This document shows positions 1-8,511 of a stretch of DNA of 64,000 bases, piece by piece; the stretch's first letter is position 1; every line of letters starts with the position of its first letter. The stretch is taken from positions 6,787 to 70,786 of the forward strand of contig CACOWI010000007.1 of assembly GCA_902630885.1 (NCBI GenBank). Reading direction: 5' to 3'. This DNA is from an uncultured SAR86 cluster bacterium. GTDB lineage: Bacteria; Pseudomonadota; Gammaproteobacteria; Magnimaribacterales; D2472. Made by a program: the position numbers and the translations under genes. The notes under the pieces were generated by a model. It saw nothing but the letters and a program-made list of their open reading frames with translations. It was not told where the DNA came from and did not search any database.

Positions 1-966
1 ATTATTAACAACATTAATAATTTTGTTCATGATAATTCAAATAATTGGCCTAATTCTAAAAATCTGATTATTTTTCTTCAAAAAACTTTTAAAGATTGGC
101 AGAAATATGCTCCAGTCTTAAATGAAGATCTAGATCAACTCAAAAAATTATATTTTGATGCCAGAAAACCAATAAATGATGAAATAAAACGTCAAGAAGA
201 TGCAAATAAAGAAAAAAAGATATCACTCATAAAAAAAGTTGCTGAGATTTCAAGTGACGACAATGAGAAAAATATTAGTGAATTTAAGAAACTTAAAGAT
301 GAGTGGTCTAATATTGGTCCTGCTGGAAAGAAAAATGAAAAGAAAATGTGGGATGAGTTCAATAAAAATGCTGATAAGTTCTTTGTTGAAAGAAAACAAC
401 AATTAACAGATGAAGTAAATAAAATATGTGATTTAAATAAAAAATTAAATAATGATGAAATTTCTATTTCTGAAGTCAAGTCAGCCTTAAATGAAATTAA
501 AGATGCAAAAAATACTAAAGAATTTAAAAATATCAATAAAGACATCAAATCAAAGATTAATGATATTAATATCGCCAAAAAGAAAGATAAGTCTAATGCC
601 TACGCTAATATATATAATGTTCTCTTAGGTAAAATTGAAATTGATAATGCGCCATCTAATTTTAAAAATACCATACAAAATTCACTTGATAATAGTGAAT
701 CTAATATCTATGAATTAAATTATGCATGTGTAAAACTTGAAATTTTAGCTGGAATTGACTCTTTAAAAAAAGATCAATCTATTAGAAATAATATTCAGTT
801 AGAGATGTTAAGTAATAAATTTAATAAAAATAATAATTTAACTACAAATGATATGGATTCATTGATAAATCATTTCATAAATAATTTTTCAAAAAATGAT
901 GCAAAAACCACTCATGCAAATATTTGGAAAAGAATAACAAAATGCATCGATAAATTAATTTCTTGA
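1..966 (+). CDS. DUF349-domain protein, 5'-partial (frame open from window start)
   Basis: Frame 1 is open from base 1. It has repeated helical units with 'EFKKLKDEWSNIGPAGK..EKKMWDEFN...DKFF', typical of DUF349. The ORF-track start at 346 is internal. Confidence 0.7.
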   Translation: MINNINNFVHDNSNNWPNSKNLIIFLQKTFKDWQKYAPVLNEDLDQLKKLYFDARKPINDEIKRQEDANKEKKISLIKKVAEISSDDNEKNISEFKKLKDEWSNIGPAGKKNEKKMWDEFNKNADKFFVERKQQLTDEVNKICDLNKKLNNDEISISEVKSALNEIKDAKNTKEFKNINKDIKSKINDINIAKKKDKSNAYANIYNVLLGKIEIDNAPSNFKNTIQNSLDNSESNIYELNYACVKLEILAGIDSLKKDQSIRNNIQLEMLSNKFNKNNNLTTNDMDSLINHFINNFSKNDAKTTHANIWKRITKCIDKLIS

Positions 967-2349
967 TTTGAGAGATTTAATAATCTCCTCATGCCTAACA
1001 GCAGATAAAGAATAAAAGCTAAAAATAATTAATGGTACTATCATTAATAGTGTCGTTATTGGTCCTTGAACAAATGCAAGAGTATAAGCCTGTTCTGCTG
1101 TATGATTTGATCTGTCAAAATTAATGAAATTTAAAACCTGACCTGCAAAAAATGATCCAAGGCCAGTATTTAATTTTTGCATAAACCCAACAGTTGCAAA
1201 TAAAATACCTTCTTGTCTTTTTCCACTATTCAATTCCACCTCATCAGCGATATCTCCAACCATGGAGTCACGTACCATATTTCCGATAATATTAAAGGTG
1301 ATAAGAATTATTAAAAATGAACTTATGAACATAACTAATTCATACGAACCTTTAGAAGGTGTTAGGCCAAGGTTATAAAAAATAAATGCTGCAGGAGCAA
1401 AAATTCCAACAACAGATATTGAAATCATAACAATAGTTCTCTTATCAAATAAATTAACTAACTTTGGAGTTAAATATAAAGCTAATAAAGTTCCCATAAG
1501 GTAGATAGGTAAGAAATACTTAATTTGAGTGGCTTCAAATTCCCAAAAATATGTATTCACAAAAAGAGTTAGAGTGTTTGCTAAACCCCAAGATAAAGAT
1601 AAAAATAAATTACCGAAGAAAAATATTAAAAAAGATTTATTTCCAATAGCTATTTTTAGCTCTTTAATAATATCAGTTAAAGTAATATTTCCTTTCCATT
1701 TCGACAGAGACTTTATTTCATCTTTAGTGCTATATGATGAGTAAAGAACACTTATAATCATCACCATTGCGCCAGTTAATGCAAATGGAAACCAGGCATC
1801 TGGATTTAACTGTCCTTGCGGATATGTTGGAGTTGATGCAAAAAAGATACCATATCCCAAAAAAGCATTACTTAATCCAGCAATCCAACCAAAAGCCTCT
1901 CTCCAAGACATTAGGATAGTTCGTTCTTGATAATCTTTTGTAACCTCTCCTCCAAATGCACGATGAGGTATATCAAATAAAGTCATTCCAAGTCTTGTTA
2001 ATACTGTAAAAACTGTCATCCAAAGAAAAAGATCAGATTGAGACATATCCCAACCCTGTCTTGGAGCAAATAAAAATATATATCCTAGTGACATAGGTAT
2101 AAATGAAATGAACATATATGGATGCCTTCGTCCTAATGATGAATTGGTTCTATCTGATATTGTTCCCATTAGCGGATCAGTAACAGCATCAATACATAAA
2201 GCAATAAATATTGCAGAGCCAGCTAAACCAGGATTCAATCCAATTATATTGCTATAAAAAAATAGTAAGAAAAAAGTAAAAGTGTCAGTTTTAACTCCAT
2301 TTGCAACAGCACCAATAGAATAATTAATTTTAAATTTATTAGATAACAT
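955..2349 (-). CDS. MFS transporter, GPH (MelB-like) sugar:cation symporter family
   Basis: About 12 TM segments; 'DAVTDPLMGTISDRT..LGRRHPY' and 'DIADEVEL..GKRQEG' motifs. Confidence 0.85.
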   Translation of the reverse strand: MLSNKFKINYSIGAVANGVKTDTFTFFLLFFYSNIIGLNPGLAGSAIFIALCIDAVTDPLMGTISDRTNSSLGRRHPYMFISFIPMSLGYIFLFAPRQGWDMSQSDLFLWMTVFTVLTRLGMTLFDIPHRAFGGEVTKDYQERTILMSWREAFGWIAGLSNAFLGYGIFFASTPTYPQGQLNPDAWFPFALTGAMVMIISVLYSSYSTKDEIKSLSKWKGNITLTDIIKELKIAIGNKSFLIFFFGNLFLSLSWGLANTLTLFVNTYFWEFEATQIKYFLPIYLMGTLLALYLTPKLVNLFDKRTIVMISISVVGIFAPAAFIFYNLGLTPSKGSYELVMFISSFLIILITFNIIGNMVRDSMVGDIADEVELNSGKRQEGILFATVGFMQKLNTGLGSFFAGQVLNFINFDRSNHTAEQAYTLAFVQGPITTLLMIVPLIIFSFYSLSAVRHEEIIKSLKSRN

Positions 2350-2361
2350 TATTAAGTAAGA

Positions 2362-3339
2362 TTAATTTTTTAAATGGTTTAGTAGATCTTCTTTGAATTG
2401 ATCAAATACGGGTGGTTCTATTAAATGTCTCATATCAGATATTACTATTAAGTTGCTATCTTTTATAAGTTTATTTGTTTTATATGCATTTTTAACTTTA
2501 ATTAATGGATCATCTTTGCCATGAATGATTAAAGTTGGTGCCTTGATTGATTTAACCTTATCAAGTCTGTTTTTTGAGCCAAGAATTGCTGTAAGCTGTC
2601 TACCAAAACCAGTGTCATCATTTCCACCCCTTTTAATAGAACTTGAAATATCTTGATAAAATTCATCAGTATTCAAGTCTATTCCCTGATATCCTATTTC
2701 AGAAAAAATTTTTCTAGTTCTATCAACTCTTTGATCAATAGTAGAATTTGGATTTTTTGTCCTGTCCATTAATAATCTTCTTACTTTTCTTGTTGGTCCA
2801 TTTAATGGAGATGGGGTTGAGGCAGTTGATGCTATTAATGTAAAAGTTTTTGTTCTATCTGAATGAGTTGATGCAATTATTTGGGCAATCATTCCTCCCA
2901 TTGATATACCTAATACATGTGCCTTTGTAATATTAAGTTCATTTAATACAGCAATTGCGTCATTTGCCATATCGTCAATAGTATATTCAGATTCAATAGG
3001 AAGTCTTAAATAATATCTGATGTAACTCCGAACAATCGTATCGCTTCTTTTTTCGTCACTAAATGAATCACTATCAACTCTAGTTGAAAGGCCGGTATCT
3101 CTATTATCAAAAACAATTGGTCTAAAATTATTTTCAATCAAAAATTCTATTAGATGTTGCGGCCAATTAATTAGCTGTCCTCCTAATCCTTGAACGAGTA
3201 ATATGGGTTCTGCATCAACAGGTCCATAATCACGATAATATATTTCTATATCTTGATTAAGGGCCTTACCCTCCTCGTACGAAAATAAATTCGAATTTGT
3301 AAACATAATAATTATCAGTAAAAATTTAAATGAATGCAT
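2362..3339 (-). CDS. alpha/beta hydrolase (esterase/lipase-like)
   Basis: GISMGG nucleophile elbow, 'DNRDTGLS', HGKDD and C-terminal His. Confidence 0.85.
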   Translation of the reverse strand: MHSFKFLLIIIMFTNSNLFSYEEGKALNQDIEIYYRDYGPVDAEPILLVQGLGGQLINWPQHLIEFLIENNFRPIVFDNRDTGLSTRVDSDSFSDEKRSDTIVRSYIRYYLRLPIESEYTIDDMANDAIAVLNELNITKAHVLGISMGGMIAQIIASTHSDRTKTFTLIASTASTPSPLNGPTRKVRRLLMDRTKNPNSTIDQRVDRTRKIFSEIGYQGIDLNTDEFYQDISSSIKRGGNDDTGFGRQLTAILGSKNRLDKVKSIKAPTLIIHGKDDPLIKVKNAYKTNKLIKDSNLIVISDMRHLIEPPVFDQFKEDLLNHLKN

Positions 3340-4414
3340 CTATTCTATCTTTAACATTCTGCCTTAATGAACCCCAAAAAAGCATCATATCAAGCGAGTG
3401 CAGATCACCATTGAAGAATTTCATCTTTTGAATATTTTCTATCAAAGGGCCATTAGTTTCAACAAGTCCTGATTCATTGTTAAGCATCGCATTTAAACCC
3501 TGAATTCTTGTTAATCCAATCGATTTTTTAGTTCCAGTATGCTCTTTACGGAAACGATCTAAAAAATCATAATTTTGGGCTTTGTTAATTATAGATTTGT
3601 TAATTTCATTTGAATACCATTTATCGTCAATGGTCCATGATAATGGATTTGTAGAAATGATTTTTTGTTTCATAGGTTCAACAGACCAACCATCAGGTTT
3701 CCAAAAAAGAGTTTTTTCTCTATTTCTTTTAAATCCTTCAACGACAGTTGACCAAGAAATTATACAATTTGTATCGTCATAGTTTTCTGATTTTTTTATA
3801 TTTGGAAAAATATCATCATAAAATTTTTCAGGAATGATATACCCTATTACATAAGCACAAATAAATTGATCTTGAATTTGTGTATTATTTATTCGTTTAT
3901 TTATTAATCTATGAGCTAGAAGTGCTCCTTGGCTATGAGCAGCAATAATAAAAGGCTTTCCATTATTAAAAAATTCTAAAAAATAATTAAATGCGCTTTC
4001 AATGTCCTCATAAGCTAAATCTAATGCTTTTTTACCATTATCATCTTTATCAAAGAATGAGAAATATGTAGCTTGCCTATATTCAGGTGCATATATGTTA
4101 CAACTTTCATTAAAGGCAGAGGCTTGATTGCCAAGCATGATTTCTGTTCTTTCGTATGCTGATTTAGTCTTATCCATATCTGAATTCCAAGAAGTTTCAT
4201 AAAAACCTGTTGGATGGATATAGAAGACATCTATATCATTGTTTTTCTTAATTTCATATTGTGAATCAGGAATGTAAAATTGCTGTCCATCAATATCAGG
4301 AGTTGCAGCCCAATTATATATGTTTGAATAATCTGGATCAGGTGGATGTATTGAATCTTCGAATGACAGTTTTGGTTGTATAAGTTTTAAAAACTTAGAA
4401 AAATCATTCGACAT
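3326..4414 (-). CDS. DUF3089 family lipase-like hydrolase
   Basis: 'DVFYIHPT', 'YAPEYRQAT', AHSQG and 'GDLH' motifs. Confidence 0.8.
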   Translation of the reverse strand: MSNDFSKFLKLIQPKLSFEDSIHPPDPDYSNIYNWAATPDIDGQQFYIPDSQYEIKKNNDIDVFYIHPTGFYETSWNSDMDKTKSAYERTEIMLGNQASAFNESCNIYAPEYRQATYFSFFDKDDNGKKALDLAYEDIESAFNYFLEFFNNGKPFIIAAHSQGALLAHRLINKRINNTQIQDQFICAYVIGYIIPEKFYDDIFPNIKKSENYDDTNCIISWSTVVEGFKRNREKTLFWKPDGWSVEPMKQKIISTNPLSWTIDDKWYSNEINKSIINKAQNYDFLDRFRKEHTGTKKSIGLTRIQGLNAMLNNESGLVETNGPLIENIQKMKFFNGDLHSLDMMLFWGSLRQNVKDRIDAFI

Positions 4415-4987
4415 TTAAGACTGCAAATATATAGATCTTTTTGGTTTTTTAAAAAGTTTTTTGACCATCGGTATAAAAAAATCAAGATCAAGAGTATCGT
4501 AGTCAGGATCAAAACTATTTTGATCATACAATTCACAAAACTCCTTACAACTATCATAATAAGGATTGTTGATAAATTGTTCTCTCATATTTTTATCTAG
4601 GCCTAAGAATTCAAAAAAATAATATCCTTGAAAAATTCCATGATGTTTCACAATCCAATAATTCTCCTCAGAAACGAAAGGTTGAAGAATTGTAGCTGCA
4701 AATTCTGCATGATTAGCTGGAGCTAAGTTATCACCAATATCATGAATTAATGCACAAACAACATATTCATCATCTCTGCCATCTCTGTATGCTCTTGTAG
4801 CTGTCTGAAGTGAGTGAGTTAATCTATCTACTTGAAAACCTCCATAATCATCTCTTAGCATTTCAAGATGTGTTAATACTTTGTCTGCTAAATGATCATA
4901 GTCTTTTGCATTACTGGCCGCAATTATGGAGTAGTCTTCAGCATCTCCATCCTTCATTTGAGTAAATTTAGCTCTTTTTTCGGTCAT
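4415..4987 (-). CDS. HD-domain metalloenzyme (PhnZ-like subgroup)
   Basis: 'THSLQTATRA', 'ALIHDIGD', 'NH', 'KHH' and a later Asp give an H..HD..H..H..D ligand pattern. Confidence 0.75.
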   Translation of the reverse strand: MTEKRAKFTQMKDGDAEDYSIIAASNAKDYDHLADKVLTHLEMLRDDYGGFQVDRLTHSLQTATRAYRDGRDDEYVVCALIHDIGDNLAPANHAEFAATILQPFVSEENYWIVKHHGIFQGYYFFEFLGLDKNMREQFINNPYYDSCKEFCELYDQNSFDPDYDTLDLDFFIPMVKKLFKKPKRSIYLQS

Positions 4988-5008
4988 AGAAAAATTATAG
5001 CCTAAAAA

Positions 5009-5419
5009 CTATAAAACTATAATCTTATTTGAAGCAGTAGCAATAGCAATTAATTTTTCGTTTTGATAAATTTCACCAGAGGTAAAAACAACAGATTTTC
5101 CTTTTCTAACTATTTTTCCGGTTGCCTTTACTAAAACATTTGGAACACATGGTTTTAAAAATTTTACATCTAAATCTAACGTAAGTGGTAACTCTTTTCC
5201 TTTTGATAAATATATTAGAAATTGAGACATTGCCGAATCAACCATTCCAGAAACGAAACCACCTTGAACAACTGTTCCATTTGAATGAGTAAGATTTTCA
5301 GATGGCAAGTATTCAACCACCCATTGGTCAAGATCTTTGTCATGATAACAATCCCTAAAACCTAAAATTGATAAAAATTTAGGAACTTCATTAAATATTT
5401 TATTAAGATTATTATTCAT
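5009..5419 (-). CDS. PaaI family thioesterase (hotdog fold)
   Basis: 'GTVVQGGFVSGMVDSAM' and 'LDVKFLKP'. Start moved to ATG 5419 because the ORF-track extension runs into the tRNA. Confidence 0.8.
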   Translation of the reverse strand: MNNNLNKIFNEVPKFLSILGFRDCYHDKDLDQWVVEYLPSENLTHSNGTVVQGGFVSGMVDSAMSQFLIYLSKGKELPLTLDLDVKFLKPCVPNVLVKATGKIVRKGKSVVFTSGEIYQNEKLIAIATASNKIIVL

Positions 5420-5430
5420 GTGTAATTTTG

Positions 5431-5522
5431 TGGCGGAGGGAGTGGGATTCGAACCCACGGTGCCGATGAAGGCACGACGGTTTTCAAGACCGCTACAATA
5501 AACCAGACTCTGCCATCCCTCC
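5431..5522 (-). tRNA. tRNA-Ser (anticodon TGA), class II with long variable arm, CCA encoded
   Basis: Reverse complement GGAGGGATGGCAGAG...GCGGT-CTTGAAA-ACCGT...GGTTCGAATCC...CCCTCCGCCA; all stems pair. Confidence 0.97.
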
Positions 5523-5536
5523 TACTGTAAACCGCT

Positions 5537-5564
5537 ATTTTATAGCGTTTTTAAAACTTATCAA
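5537..5564 (-). promoter_or_regulatory. Putative sigma-70 promoter of tRNA-Ser
   Basis: TTGATA-N16-TAAAAT just upstream of the tRNA 5' end; the same boxes are conserved in the duplicated copy at 6557-6584. Confidence 0.7.
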
Positions 5565-5624
5565 TATCTTAATAAGAGCATAAAACCCCCCTTAAAAGCT
5601 TAATATGGGATTGATATATGGTAA

Positions 5625-5819
5625 TTAATCTTTATAGATAAATATTTTTTCTAAAGGTAAATTAAAATATTGGGTCATTTTAATAGCTAGTGTCAACGAA
5701 GGGTCAAATTTTCCATTCTCAATAGAATTAATAGTTTGCCTGCTTACTGAAAGAGCCTTAGCAAGATCGTTTTGACTTACTTGTTTTTTTGCACGTAAAT
5801 CCTTAAGTCTGTTTTCCAT
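5625..5819 (-). CDS. XRE/Cro-family helix-turn-helix transcriptional regulator
   Basis: 'SQNDLAKALSVSRQTINSIENGKFDPSL' HTH_3 signature. Confidence 0.9.
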   Translation of the reverse strand: MENRLKDLRAKKQVSQNDLAKALSVSRQTINSIENGKFDPSLTLAIKMTQYFNLPLEKIFIYKD

Positions 5820-6278
5820 TTAATCTTCTTTTATGAATAGAATATAGAATCTATAGCTATTTATAATAGCACCTAGGGCAAATCCAAAGAAAAGTTCCAT
5901 AATTCCATATTCATATTCAATAAAAGGAGATATAACGGCTATTGGAATTGATATTAAAATAAAGCCAACCGCACCACCAATCATAGTCATTTCATTATAT
6001 TTTTGAAAAAGTTGGTCTTGGTTTTTTAGAACTTGTATGTATGTATAAACGGCAATATAGATACATGCGAGTTCAGTAATTGCTAACCAAATATAATAAG
6101 TATTTTCTTTTATGCTACCAAATGCATCAATGCCATTTTCTGATAATGCAACACTAAACCATCCCGCTAAACCGCCGGCAATTCCTGAAGCTATCAAACA
6201 TATAATCCAATTCCTTTTATCTGCCCCTTTAAGAGATTTTATGTCTATCCAAAAACCATATCCTGATATTTTTGCCAT
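5820..6278 (-). CDS. Hypothetical membrane protein (~4 TM), adjacent to the XRE regulator
   Basis: Hydrophobic segments; GAGG RBS; stop codon abuts the regulator start. Confidence 0.7.
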   Translation of the reverse strand: MAKISGYGFWIDIKSLKGADKRNWIICLIASGIAGGLAGWFSVALSENGIDAFGSIKENTYYIWLAITELACIYIAVYTYIQVLKNQDQLFQKYNEMTMIGGAVGFILISIPIAVISPFIEYEYGIMELFFGFALGAIINSYRFYILFIKED

Positions 6279-6320
6279 AATTATTTACCTCAACAAAATA
6301 TTATAATCACTTAATATATA

Positions 6321-6339
6321 TATCAAGTAAACTTTACAT
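6321..6339 (-). promoter_or_regulatory. Imperfect palindrome (candidate XRE operator) overlapping a -35 box
   Basis: Minus strand ATGTAAAG-TTTA-CTTGATA; TTGATA-N17-TAATAT precedes the gene starting at 6278. Confidence 0.5.
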
Positions 6340-6500
6340 GCATTGAAGGAATAGATTTTCCTAAGTTGTTCATTTAGTGGGGATTTGGTGGAGAAATTTT
6401 TTCTCTTAATTATTTATTAAGAAATTGTACTGCTTGTTACAGCTGAATATTTACGGTATATACGTGTGAAGTAAAGATTAGAAAATAGGCAGGACGACCA

Positions 6501-6584
6501 TTTCAAGACCGCTACAATAAACCAGACTCTGCCATCCTTCCTAAGTCTGAAACGCTATTTTATGGCGTTCAAGGTAAATATCAA
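6501..6584 (-). repeat. Direct repeat: 5' half of tRNA-Ser plus its promoter (att-like scar)
   Basis: 6501-6541 matches 5482-5522 at 40/41 nt; the -10/-35 boxes and their spacing are conserved. Confidence 0.9.
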
Positions 6585-6636
6585 TCTTATAAATTTCTTA
6601 TAATTTTATAAATTGGATTAATATAGCATTTATTAA

Positions 6637-7368
6637 ATGAAGATTATAAAAGCTGACAATTATCAAACTTGGTACCTTGAGCATTTAGATGGTGCTATTT
6701 TAATTGATCCTTGGCTAACAAAAACTTTGCAACCAGAGGGAACTTTTTTTATTCAAAGGCGAAAAGAAAATTCAACCTGTTTAACAAAAAATCAAATTGA
6801 TAAAATAAATGGAATTATTATTACTGCTCCGTTTGAGGATCATTTGCATATTGAATCAATTAATATGTTTCCGGATGTCCCAATATATACATCAAATATT
6901 GTAAAAAGTCAGTTAATCAAAAAAAATATAAAAAACTCGATACTTATTTTGTCTGAGAAAAATACTAAATTAAATAATTTAAATATTAAATCTCTTCCAA
7001 CAAGTTATCCTTACTATCAAACAACATTTTCATTATTTATAGAAGATGACGAAGGAAATAGTATTTTTCATGAAGGTCATAGGGTGAATTTCAAATACTT
7101 AATTAATAATAATATCAAGGCAGATGTTGCGATCCTTACAGCAGAGGAATCTAAATTATTTGGATTTATACAGCTTGGCATGAATTATAAGAATACATTA
7201 AAAGCTATAAATATATTAGGATCAAACCAGCTATTTATTACAGGAAATAATCCTGATCAAACGCAGGGTTTTATAAAGAATTTTTTGAAAACAAAGTCTT
7301 TTAATATTGATGATTTATCAAAAGAAATTAATGTTTATAAAAATGAAGGAGATTTTTATGATCTTTAA
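6637..7368 (+). CDS. Metallo-beta-lactamase-fold protein (divergent metal motif)
   Basis: 'ILIDPWL' and 'IITAPFEDHLH' variant of the HxHxDH motif. Confidence 0.7.
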   Translation: MKIIKADNYQTWYLEHLDGAILIDPWLTKTLQPEGTFFIQRRKENSTCLTKNQIDKINGIIITAPFEDHLHIESINMFPDVPIYTSNIVKSQLIKKNIKNSILILSEKNTKLNNLNIKSLPTSYPYYQTTFSLFIEDDEGNSIFHEGHRVNFKYLINNNIKADVAILTAEESKLFGFIQLGMNYKNTLKAINILGSNQLFITGNNPDQTQGFIKNFLKTKSFNIDDLSKEINVYKNEGDFYDL

Positions 7369-8480
7369 ATTACTTCTGCGAGAGAATTTAAACAATATTC
7401 GATATTCTTTTTATTGGAAGACTGTCCCATAAGTCCAATTCGCCATACTTTACCTGCAAGAACTCCAAGACCAGCTCCAATTTCGAGATTAAATTCGTTT
7501 AAAAGTTTTTGTCTTGATTCTAGATCATTAACACCATCAGGAATATAGATAGCATTTAATTGAGGTAATCTATCTTCTTCTTTAACTAAAAATTCAATAT
7601 TTAATTTCTCTAAACCTTCCCTGAGTTGCATATGATTTTCTTTATGTCTTTTCCATGAATTTTCTAGACCTTCCTCACTCAACATTACCAAAGCTTCATG
7701 TAATCCATATAATGCATTTATAGGAGCAGTATGATGATATGATCGACCACCTTCTCCTTCCCAATATGACATGATTAAGTTTAAATCAAGAAACCAACTT
7801 TTCACTTTTGATTTTCTATTCTTGATCTTTTCCTTTGCAGCATTACTAAAACTAATTGGTGATAAACCAGGAGAAGCAGATAAACACTTTTGTGTTCCAG
7901 AATAAATTGCATCAATTCCCCATTCATCTACCTTTAAGGGCACCCCAACTAAACCAGTTACAGTATCTACAATTGATAAACATCCGTGATCATGTGCTAA
8001 TTTTGTAATTGATTCTGGATCTGTAAGAGCTCCAGTAGAAGTTTCAGCGTGAACTGAAGCAACAATTTTAGCATCCTTGTGTTCATTTAAGGCTGATTCA
8101 ATTTTATTTAAATCTACTTTTGTTCCCCATTCATCATCAATAACTATTGGTATTCCACCAAATCGCTCTACATTCTCTTTCATTCTTTCACCAAAGAATC
8201 CATTTTTAGCAATAATTACCTTATCATCTGGCTCAACAAGGTTTGCGAAGGAACATTCCATACCTGCCATACCAGGCGCCGATACAGCAAAAGTTAACTC
8301 GTTCTGTGTTTGAAATGCATACTGAAGTAACTGTTTTGTTTCGTCCATCATTTTAATAAAAACAGGATCAAGATGACCAATAGTTGGTCTTGCCATGGCT
8401 TCTAAAACTCTATCACAAACATCAGACGGACCTGGGCCCATTAAAATCCTATTTGGTGGTATAAATGAATTTGCTTTCAT
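7365..8480 (-). CDS. Alanine-glyoxylate / serine-pyruvate aminotransferase (class V PLP)
   Basis: 'LMGPGPS', 'HAETSTG', 'SGTQKCLS' (PLP lysine), 'YHHTAP', 'WRIGLMG'. Confidence 0.92.
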   Translation of the reverse strand: MKANSFIPPNRILMGPGPSDVCDRVLEAMARPTIGHLDPVFIKMMDETKQLLQYAFQTQNELTFAVSAPGMAGMECSFANLVEPDDKVIIAKNGFFGERMKENVERFGGIPIVIDDEWGTKVDLNKIESALNEHKDAKIVASVHAETSTGALTDPESITKLAHDHGCLSIVDTVTGLVGVPLKVDEWGIDAIYSGTQKCLSASPGLSPISFSNAAKEKIKNRKSKVKSWFLDLNLIMSYWEGEGGRSYHHTAPINALYGLHEALVMLSEEGLENSWKRHKENHMQLREGLEKLNIEFLVKEEDRLPQLNAIYIPDGVNDLESRQKLLNEFNLEIGAGLGVLAGKVWRIGLMGQSSNKKNIEYCLNSLAEVI

Positions 8481-8511
8481 GTAGTTATGATACTAGATAA
8501 ATAAGTATTAA

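Noticed and set aside
192-578. Antisense ORF (128 aa), and similar shadow ORFs such as 1529-1744, 8077-8313, 15840-16148, 41607-41903, 57786-58205, 62336-62743
   Set aside because: They lie essentially within well-supported genes on the opposite strand and carry no recognisable motifs.
5420-5458. N-terminal extension of the thioesterase ORF (MGSNPTPSA...)
   Set aside because: It is a translation of the tRNA T-arm; the real start is ATG 5419.
6490-6541. Second functional tRNA-Ser
   Set aside because: Only the 5' half is present; there is no 3' anticodon stem, T-arm or acceptor strand.
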